The notes beneath the pieces are model-generated. The model saw only the letters and a list, made by a program, of their open reading frames with translations, ran no database searches and had not been told where the DNA came from. Below are positions 20,401 through 31,300 of a DNA stretch of 64,000 nt, in pieces (within the stretch, counting starts at the first letter, position 1; the number at the start of each line of letters is the position of its first letter). A program made the translations under genes and the position numbers. Origin of the DNA: Iphione sp. A-MEVVRFRX5 (lineage: Eukaryota); the NCBI GenBank assembly GCA_976226885.1, contig OZ320314.1:81220001-81284000 (forward strand), in the 5' to 3' direction.

Positions 20401-23276
20401 CTTAGTGTATTACTTTTATATGTAAGCCTAACGAGAATAATGACTGATCTGAATAAATCAGTAGCATGGGCTAAACAAGTTGCACTGAAGAAGGACTGGT
20501 AAGCTGGTATTGATCTATAGGCGTCCACTTTTTCATTGTAAATCGGTTTCAAGAAAGCATCGAGGTTATATTAATGGTGGCTTTGCGTTACTGAAACATT
20601 TACCTTACCACACAACACAAATAATTGATCCGTGAGGACCTCTGAGACACCAAAACTTGTATTTAATCGATTATTCGAAACTTTAAAGTATTTAAAGGAA
20701 GGCTCACGAAAGAGTAAGTATCCCAGAGTATCATACTAGAGACTAACCAAAGATGGTAGCAGGGAAAATACCTCGTAATTTTTCATGAAAAATCTTAAAG
20801 TCTTCCTGACCTGCATTTCATAATTTAGTGCTTTATACATGTATTTGCACATGGGCGAGTCTTTTTTTAATGTTTGGCTCAAAAGACCAAAGTACAACCA
20901 CCCACCATGATATTATGGCGCAACTCAGTAACTGGCGTTGCTTTATGTATTATCACAGCCAATTCGAGTTATTTTAAATGGTTACGGAGCCAAAACTCAA
21001 AACCGCAAGGAAACGTTTATCTTCAACGAACAGTGTCCCTCTACGAAGGGGTTTAATGAGTCTTAGGCTCTTCTATTTAGGTACAATTTACACATTCAAA
21101 TGGCAAATCTCAGACCTAAACTGGGTGTAAATGGAACGAGCATTTTAGCTAAAACCATCACCCAAATCTTAAAAACCTACTTCTTTCCTTGGCTATATAC
21201 AACACAGGCCACAGTCATTTTGATATTGAGGACGAGAATGTGGTTAGGACCGTTGTCCGCATAGATGTATCGGTCTTTTCCCATAGGCACCAGAACCCAA
21301 AAGTCCAGAATGGGATCACGAGCAGTGCTCATACCGGAAAGAATGGATTGTTTTTGTTGGGCTGTCAACGAGTAAGGATGCGTGGACAATGTGCCTTGGG
21401 ATTGGGATGGGTGCAGTGAAAGTATGTGCAAGCATGTATGGTCTATACTTGGTGTATGCATGTGCATGTATATAACAAGGTCCCTTTATGAAGTGAATGA
21501 TGTCATGCTGGAAGTTCGTTCTTTTACGCTGCTAGTCTAAACATTTTCCAAGTCGCAGTCGTTTTGTAAAATTGGTTGCTATTTCCAGCCAGGGACTCGA
21601 GCCTTGGACCAAAGCCGACCTATTTTCCGTGGTTGACCTGTGTCCACCCGTGGTGCTGATAGATCAAAGAGCTCTCACCTGTCACGTCTTGTGCCCACGT
21701 CACGGTCATGGGGACCTCTTGTAGGAGCCAGCCAGTAAGTACCAACGGTACGGAACACCATTCGACTCTTCCAATACATGGCCCTCATCCACATACATAC
21801 TCCCTTTAGACAAGTATTTTTTTCGGCACAAAAGACACAAGATTTTTTAAAAATATATATATATTGCGACTTCAAACGACACCCTCGTCTTACTTGTGCT
21901 CGGGCGATGGGAACGCTGCCGACCAATTCAAACCAAGCCAGCGTGAAATCTCCTAGCGTCTCAAGTCTCCCCCTTTCAGTGAGAGGATGCAGATGACATT
22001 ACTAAGTCGAAAGTGATGGGATTCTCCCAGGGAGGTGGGAAGCTCCTAAAGGAACAATACGAACGTCCTTATGCAAGACTTGGAGAGCCTTTTTCGGTGT
22101 ACTTGCTTATGTTTTCTGTAGTTTCGGTACAGGTCTTCAGAAGGTGACCAACTTCTTCGTCTCAATCAGTGGTGAATCACTCTTAATGGAGTTCTTTCTA
22201 AGTGTGGGAAAGAAAACCTAATAGCAATATTTGTGTCTCGTGTTGTGTTTTTTTAAAAATACAATTCTATATTAGTTTACGAGTTTTCGCACAGATACTG
22301 TAATGATTATTTCTAATGGAAGAAAAAGAAGAAATGACACATTCTTCCGCACGTTTGACCTTGCTATGACCCTCGATACTTCTTAAATTTAACATATTCA
22401 ACTATGAATTCAAGGAGGCGAAGCCCCGCATAATCTCAGCTTTTCAAATGGAAAGTAATGACTTGCAGCAAGAAAATTTTGACAGAGCCATCTGTCTTCT
22501 GAATATATAAACTGATTCTGATATATGTAAACAACACGATCAATTCAAGCATTGGCCGAGGGGTCAGTGGTTTGCATCTGTCCGGCTCTTCTTCGAGTGA
22601 CCTCTTCACACATTCATCGTGTGCAGTGCCTTTCGAGTTAATCAAGAATTCAGTGAGAGGGCCCCGTAATTAGTTCTCACCTTCTTTACCCTCGTCTTAC
22701 ACACCATGCATGCCTCTGACTCGTAGAGATAGGGTTTCTTGTGGCTGTGTGAGCAGACACTTCCGAGTCGTGCAAATAACACCTTTGTGGAGGAGTCAAA
22801 AGCCAGTCTGATTTCGCATTGGAGTGCAGGTCGGGTTCAGGGCTAAATTCATCAGGTAAATAAACCCTCTCCTCACGATGGAGTGGCTCAGACACGTACC
22901 CAATGCCCTGGCCGTCGCGGCTCGTCTCCGGCGGCTAATATCCCCAAATCTCATTCAGAAGTGCGCCTCGCCATTCGATCAGCGCAGGGCCGAAGCCACC
23001 GGAGATGACCCCTCAGGGCGTACACCCTCGATATTAGTCTGCGGTAATCCTAGCCCCCCTGTAGTCCACTGCCGCTCGGTACACACGAAGGTGTGCGCCC
23101 TCACGCCTGCCAAGATTTCCATGACAACTGCCCCATGTTTGCACGCCAAGATGACAGGTCCCGCCGTCGGAGAGATGCGCACGCAGGAAGGACAATTTGC
23201 CCATCCGGCCATCATAGCCTCCCGGATCTGCCATTAGATTACTTATTTTTCATGATCTTTTACAGAAGCGACTCCC

Positions 23277-23622
23277 CCAAAAAATAGGTGTGTTTCTGGT
23301 AATGGCAGCCAAAAGCCTAGGTAGGGAGGGGGGGTATCTTTTTTCATTTTTTATATTTTTTTTCAACTTTCTTCCTGTGGTTTTCAATAATAATAAAGAC
23401 AATTTCAAGAATTTTGACCAATTTGAATGAGTTTTACAGTTCTTTGCTGAATTTCCATGGATTTTGTTGTTGCCTACTGCATTTACTAAAAACATATGCA
23501 TTGAAAACACATATCTAAGGAAATTCAGCCTTGGAAACTCTTAGGGGCCAAAAAACTTTTAGGTAGGGTAAGGTTTTACTAGGTAGGGAGGGGGTTACCA
23601 GAAACACACCTATTTTTTTTGG
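23277..23622. mobile_element. MITE with 26-28-bp terminal inverted repeats
   Basis: ccaaaaaataggtgtgtttctggtaa (23277-23302) / ttaccagaaacacacctattttttttgg (23595-23622); internal direct repeat ctaggtagggaggggg. Confidence 0.8.
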
Positions 23623-26525
23623 CCTGACTGTCCCACGAGAAGAAAATACAATTTCTGCCATCATTAGAAGCGAATCTGTCTCTAAAATGTTGAAAAACAT
23701 CGACCCTATTAGTAGAAGAGCACCTGTGGACATCATCATCAAAGGTAATGGTTAAGTCCACATAGATCCAAACACGAGTGCGCGTTGTGAAACGCACAAC
23801 TAATACATGTGCGTGCTTATTTGTAATCAGCAGCTCAAGATAACGGTGTCAGTTGTATAGTGACTTATTACATATATTATTATTCCTTTCATTCTTGTAA
23901 CTCTCCATCCACCCCTGCATCCGAACATTGTGAACACAGTAACTCTGCTGGTGTTATTCTTGGTGTAGGACATTCATTTTTAGAGAAATTATAACGCATT
24001 ACAGTCCCTTGCATCAATACTTGATAGGATACTTTTAGTAACAATACTTGAGGTATTAATCATCATAGTTTAGGAATCAGTTTTATACTGCGTTTAGCGC
24101 TGGTGACAAGGGAGCCTAGATTGTACCAGGCAAGTTGTACTTTTTTGCTGCAGAGATCCACGGTATGTATTTTATAAGATGTAGAGGTTTGTAAATACAG
24201 GTACATGTATAATATAGATTTTTCGATATAACGCCTTAAATTTGAAGTGGACAGCCCTCCCAACAAAAAGGCCAGTTTGGCCAAACCAATGGGGTCCGCG
24301 AAAGAGACACACCTTGGTAATTTGAACAGGCAACTTCCGTTTCTTACAGATACAGATCTCTTATACTGTGATCTGGTAAACAATATATCAAAAAATGGTT
24401 ACAATATCCTCAATAAGGTTAGAGTGGTTTAATAAAAGGAAAATCCATCTTAAGCTTTGATGATGAGATTTACTGCTGCATATCCAACTGTTTCAGAAAT
24501 GTCCAGTTATATCATTGTATGAGAATATCATTCTTCTTTATACCTTTTAGTGGAAATGGAGATGCAAGGCAATAACTACCATCTAAAGTGGCTTCATTTT
24601 TTCCTGTAACGACGTGATTTCGAAAATAGCAAAAGTTCTATCGTTCAGCAGGATATTGGTCATATCATAAAAGTAAATGTGCACATACAGAAGCATTTTG
24701 CTTTAATGATAATTGGTGCTTTATAGCAGTGCCTAATGTTACTTTTAGACGTACATGTACATACAATTAGTAACGTCATTTCATATTTTACATTATTTTA
24801 TTCAAACATTCTCCTGAATGCTCTGTACAAAATTTTACAAAAACCGTCGTTCATTAATTGATCCCAATACGCAAGTGTTAGGCCAGTATAAAACATAATA
24901 CAACACTGAGCAACCGTCAGCATCTGGATGTAGGTCTCTTACAACATCTTCTTTCCATATCCATTTTCTAGGAAATCATGTAAATGTTATTGCACTTAAA
25001 GGCGAAATATGGTACTTACAATGATATATGCATAGTCCCGCAATTTCAGTTTTAATGAAATTACTTATTTTGCTGTCAACCCAAATGAGAGAAGGATGAT
25101 AAAACTTCCATTGAATATAATTCACAGCAGTGACTGTTGCAAGTAAAATAGTTCATAAACCCTATATGAAAACTATAAATTGTGATCTCAGACTCAGTCT
25201 GTATAATCAACTATCCCTTTCGACATAATGAATTTGTTTTATTTACACACATAAAATTAACTTCATGAAGTATTTACAAAATGTTAGTGTTTGCGACGTC
25301 TCTGATTTGGATACCGACAAAGATTTTTAGTGAACTATCGCATCATTATGACGGGATCAGTTCAGTGATATATTTTGGCAACGTTTCGATCAAAATGCTG
25401 TTGAAGCTTTCTAAAGCATTGCAAAGACGAAAGCGATGTGGTATGAAGCTGTCTGGAAGCATACAGAAAGATCATCTATGTTCAACTCGCCCTGGAGGTA
25501 GGCCTGCTCCACCAGGGAGTGACCCAACTGCTTACTTCTTGGCGTCGGCTGGTGAAGCGTCAAGCAAGGTATCTGGAATAAAAACACCGGAAAGTAACTA
25601 TTACTGTCAGGATTTGGTCCCGCTAATTGAGGAGATGCAGATGGTAACAATCATACGTAACTTCCCTTACCGTTATTGGTCATGCATGTGTGCCCACTGC
25701 CACTACCATGTTTTATAAGTAAGTAACGTATTTCAGAATGACGGCGTCTAGACGCAGCAGAATTAGACGTGCAGCTTAGTCTTAGGATAGTGCATCAATT
25801 CCTTCTTATGTGACCCCTAATCTAGGCAATCTAGGCTAAGTAAGATAGCGGTAGATATAATTACCTTCATTTCATGGTCGGTGAGTCTCGGCAGCCAGTA
25901 CAAGATAGTTGCCGGGTGAGTTGAGGACGCACCGGGCTGAGCGTCCGCCCTGTGTACAGGTGAGCGACGATCCCTCATGTTGCATTGGGCGATTTGTCAC
26001 CTGAGAAGTGGATGGTGCCTCTGCCATTGCTGCGGATTATGCCACTCGGGAAAAAAATGAAAACAAAACAAAGCTGGATACCACTTACGGTATCTGCTCC
26101 ACTGTCTGATCAAACCGTCCCGATTCAATCAAAAGATCGGCTTGTTGTGCTAATGAGACAAAGAAGTAAGCTTCTTTTCCAGTCGTATCCACATAGTCCA
26201 GGAGAACTAATTCGCATTGGTCGTCCATGTCTTTCCAGTACAGTGACTGCCGCATCGCCCTTTGGCACGTCTCTTAATATTGTACACTGAATACTGAGCA
26301 TGGTGGTCGGTTGGGTGTATTTCTCTTCGTCGGTCGACGCCCTAAATTAGTGATATGAGTTAGTAACCTTTCTCTCACATTGCTTTTGCACGAAAGAAGA
26401 AGATCAGCACCATTGTGAAATACATGTAACAGTTTCTTGCCTCTGGTGGCCTCCTACAGGATCATTTTAGTAGTGAATTGGCCACCATAGTGAGCAGCAC
26501 TGTTCGTTTGTAGACCAGTTCACTG

Positions 26526-26878
26526 CTATACATGACTGGCGTAGTAAAAACCGTCTCTTTGTTGGCCATTGTTGGCGCCGCCTTTCCACTGACCGCCGCC
26601 AGTCCGTGAGAGATTGTTACCATGGTAACCCGAGTCGGGCTGGAGCACCAGGTGAGGGGTCTCCAGATGGGGAGGGTCCGACTGGTGGGAGGGCGCCCTC
26701 CTGGGTGGGGCCGGGGGACGAGGTCTGGGACCAGCAACCAGAGGTCTCGTTGGCCTCTCGCGGTCACTGTCTCGACGAGAACCGTTTGATAACTTCCGGT
26801 GCACGCCTGGCTGCAGGGCGCGTGTCGGGAGACCCTTTTCCTTGCTGGGACTGGGCAGCGGTGAAATATCACTTCCCT
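26526..26878 (-). CDS. PCDH: Protocadherin terminal coding exon (E-GSDISPLPSP...RPRPPAPPRR...GFYYASHV*)
   Basis: Acceptor ctcttccattgcag. The phase-1 frame is open for 117 codons to TAG at 26528-26526; Pro/Ser/Arg-rich; ends in S-H-V. Confidence 0.75.
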
Positions 26879-28221
26879 CTGCAATGGAAGAGGAGACATT
26901 TATTACGACCTATATCTCTACATCATAAACATTAAGCCGCGAGGCTATATATGTACATGCCTATGCCATCAATTCAAAATTTACCTGAAAACGATGAATA
27001 CTTTAAATCCTATATTTAAGATTCATGAGGCTCTTTTCCTTCGGGGCATTATCACATAAAACGGGAATTGCCCCCACTGTAGTGGTTATAGAGAAAAACT
27101 TTCAATGCTCTCAAACTCCCTGAAGGTAATAGCATGTTTTCATCAATGAAAATGTTTTAAACGGGAATCAAGAGCATTCGGGGAACTGTGTATGACTCAT
27201 GTTCCTGTATTTTTTTGCTATTGCATTAATAGATATGAAAGAATTCCTGGCTCAAATCCAAGATCTAGTCAAAAGTGAGGCAACCAATTGAATATAACTG
27301 AAAACCTCCTTTCAGCAAGAATCTATTATGAATGGTTCTTATAGAACTTTCTCCACGGCTTCATAACAATGAGAACAGAATGCTCCTTGAGGACCTTGAA
27401 TCTGAGCAAGTATGGGAAAGAACGCAGAGCTGCTGGCATTCGCACATTGAAATCTTCGAAAGAACAAAATCATCCAGGTGTGCTCATGGATTCCACAAAC
27501 TGGGACTAGTAAAAGAGAGTTCAGACGGAGTATGATTGGATTTCACGCGCGTTCAGTCGAGCGTAGAGGCGAGTAGGAAAGGGCAATGAGTACGAAGTGG
27601 GACGCTTCCAGCAAAGTGGGTGTAAAATTGCAGCATTGAACAGAAAGGGATGACCGGTAACGGAACGCCAAGTTGGGAACGATTTGGGCTCAAGCCACTT
27701 CAGGCTGGGAAGAAGGACACGCCTCATCAACCAACGAAGACTGTCGAGGCCCACCGTGTCGAAGGGGACTATCGAAGGACATCGCGCTAACTCTTTGAAG
27801 AGGGAACCGAGCAAAACTAAAATGGTTGCCCTAAGCTTGCAGACTCAGAGAACTGGGAGATCTTCACGAATGAAAGTTAATATATTCTGGGTTCTAAATG
27901 CTCATACAAAAGACTGTACAATTATGTCGTGGGCATGCCGTGATAAAGAGCGCTCAATGTTCAATACCTTGGACCGTTAGAATTAGTCACAACAATAACA
28001 AGAGGGTGCGTTACACAATCACTTGAACATAACTAGAGCATTACATTCGAACGTTGAAAGTTAAGTGGTGCAAGAATAGATCACTCAGACTGCTCCCATT
28101 ACGTAAGGTTTCTCTTATCGTGAAGGACATAAATCACGGCTTACTGACCCTGGTTCAGGTAAATTGGGAAATTGGATTTGAGAAATGGGCTATTTTGTGC
28201 TGTGATCCCCTTTGACAGTGA

Positions 28222-28309
<88 letters not shown>

Positions 28310-31300
28310 GGAGTGTGTGTGTAAACGATGGGGCACACTAAGTCTCTCATCACAGTCAACCGTTGTTAATATGTGGCTGATTCATCTCAGTCATGATAGA
28401 CACGCGAAGAGAGACAACAGATTTTGAAGTCAGTACATCAGTATTACTCTATATCGGATATGGGCTTGAAACATTTCATTTTACCATGAATTGGTCGCAT
28501 TGTGGGATCCCAAACAGTTGGGGACGATGGTCGGTAATGGCCGATTTGTTCCGACCCGTCGCCCTCGTTGGAGCCATGTCCGCTGTCAGTGGCGTTTGAC
28601 ATGTCCGCTGAGCATGCGCTGTCAGAGTCGCCCTTGTCGTTGGCTGAAAGAAAGCCGTTCATCTGTGTGTGGCCCTTCTGAAATATAAGAGAAAACTCGT
28701 GAGATTTCCGTGTTTACGCAAAATATAAGCTGGAAGCCTGTTTCAGTGTAAGAGAGCTGAAAAGTAGATATCCGTGGTAAAATGCGGTTTAGGAAAGAAA
28801 AAGAGACATTTTTTACATTCCCGTTAATCTTTTGATCAGAGAGGCAGCAAATATATCATGTCGAGTTTAATGCTGTGGAGTGATTCTGGTTATTATCTGT
28901 AAATTGTGTGCAGATGCGGTAACGTAATTGGTCCATAATTGCACTCAATGACCTTGATGCCTTATGTGGCAGCATAAATCTCCAAGCTACTAGGGTGTAC
29001 ATGCATGTATAGTGGACAGGTTAACCATCTTCTTCAAGATGCAATAGTCTGTAGTGGCAATATACCTCTCTAATCTAAACCAACCGATATGTTGATGATT
29101 TCTATACACTTTCTATGACTTTACACCTGTTCATATGTATCTTGTATTATATAAAAATTATCCGGTAAAACTACGACCGGAGTAGTTTAAATTGCTGAAA
29201 CCTTGGATGGCCAAGTTCCGGTCGTTTATCGATGTCAGTGTAAGTATCATCCTCAACAATCTCCGCCATTGCAATATGTTCTTGTGAGGAGGAGGAGGGC
29301 GTGTGTGCGCGGCGGGTTCAATCTGTGCTTATCGTGCCATCTATCGTCGGCTGCCAGCTGCCGGTGGTCCCGCAGTGAACGCGTGTCCTCCTCTGCCCCC
29401 ATGCACTGTGGCCAGTTATCGGCGTGGACGGATATTGAGAACCCCTCGCCGATATAATACGGAGCGTCCATGGACGGCTGCCAGCCTGGCATCAAGTAGC
29501 GGACAGTGGTCGCAGGTTTCTCGCACCACCATCACTGCAGCTGCTCCACTCAAGCAGTGATGAAAACAGCTCTACAGAGCCGGCTTTCACTACGACAGTG
29601 GGCAGCGGGCAGTGGATCTGATAAGGTGGCACGAAGCAACTGTAAAGGGTATGAAATAGGGGCCTCCGCGCGCATCAGGATACGTGTATCATATCAACAC
29701 GCCCTTCTACTTTTTGAACTCGAGGCTTTCAGTTTGTTAAAGATAGATCCCTTTTACTAGGTGAAAGGTAACCCGCACGGTGAAGACCTGTTTTTTTGTG
29801 ATATCCAGGCCCTTATATTTCATGAAGGCGGACACTAATTTTAAGAATTAAAAAACGAGGACGAAGCCTTTTGTTTGGAAACATTCAAGAACACAATACC
29901 CTCAAGCCGAACTAAAAACGTTGTAAATGAGCACATCTTTTTATTGTGTTTTTCTTCATGAAGACACTCAAAATGTACACGAATATACAATGTGTGTCTG
30001 AATAAGGTAAACTGCATGCTAGTACTGTCTCACTTGAGAGGGTATTGAATTCGACCTGCTGTAGCTATTATGCTTACGCTTATACATTTCCTCACTTCAT
30101 TGTCTTCTCACAGGTGACACTTGGAGCTCAGTTACTTGCATACAGTGTCCATTCAGACACACAACAAAATGTTACCCGCGCACCACAAGCGTAAAGCATG
30201 TGGTGCACGGTGCTCCAGCTGCCGGCCAAGGAAAGTGCCTCCGGGAGGTAACACATTGTCACATGTGACCTTTGCGGTGCTCCCATGATCTATTGTTCTT
30301 TTAGCAGGTAGAACAATGGCTGTGGAGAACTCCGGGGGCTTTCTTCCCTTTTTCGTGTCAGGGGTCTCATGTCACCAGCTTTAATATTCCCGCATCCCGA
30401 TGTCACTCTATGACTCCGCGTCCGCCTTACCTCCGTGGTACGTGTGTATGCATATAACTGTTGGTTCCTGGAGATCCGGGCAGCGTTAATTAATGGGATT
30501 AGTGTCTTGTACCTGATTTAAGACATTACAGTGCCATTTTCTCAGCATCTAGTTTACTTTGGGTCTCCAGTGCATTTTGTATGGCCGGTTCGTGAACACC
30601 TCGTACGATAACCAACTCGTGCCATGGCAAGCTTGCACCTTAACTAAGTTGCTCCTTCCCATCTGAAAACATGTCATCTTAAAGCGTAAACTGCATTCTA
30701 AGATTAGCGATATAAATGTATTTAGCTAAAAGTAGTTACTAAAAGGGTAGACACAAGTAATTGTTTTATTTAAACATTCAAAATCCTATAGATGCAGCGA
30801 TATTATTCTGAATCGGAGATGATGTGAAGGATTCCAACGATCAAATTAAGTACTGATAAAATGAGTGAATATGGGCTACTTTTCACTAGGCTCCTAATTC
30901 TTTGTTTTGCGTGCTGGCGGAACACCTGGTATAAGAATACCTGTTTTGAAAAGGCGTCCCGACCTTGGTCATGCATTCAATTCCTAAGAACATTGACCAT
31001 CTTAGAAAAACAGTGTGTGAGGCATAGTGACTTCCATTCTCGCGGACAGTTCTACTAACCCAACCAGTGGCAGAGTGCAACCACTCTACCCCAACGCTTT
31101 AAAGATCCGTTTGCAAAGATAACAAAATAGATACAAGCATATTCGTTTTCGGCCCTTGGTTTTGGATACTTCCCGCCGCACTGGAATGATGAGGGCAGAT
31201 TTTTTGTGCGCATGTTCTTTACAATTTCTGTGCATAGAAATGCAACAAAAAGTGGCCACTGTGGCACCTTAGAAGGTGCCGTGAGGACTCCTTCATTACG

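Noticed and set aside
20693-20870. Possible TTAA-flanked (Kolobok-like) MITE
   Set aside because: Terminal similarity too weak to support.
21585-21612. B-box or T-arm-like ggtccaaggctcgagtccctgg on the minus strand
   Set aside because: No A box, cloverleaf or SINE tail could be identified.
23093-23287. CQDFHDNCPMFAR resembling the start of an ShK domain
   Set aside because: The remaining ShK cysteine pattern is absent.
28141-28427. ORFs with (ER)n and (SL)n tracts
   Set aside because: Translations of the (GA)n microsatellite.
28485-28643. Internal acceptor (ctttctttcag) for the CM1 exon
   Set aside because: Gives a phase-1 start that does not match the phase-0 upstream exon; the stronger acceptor at 28678 fits in frame.
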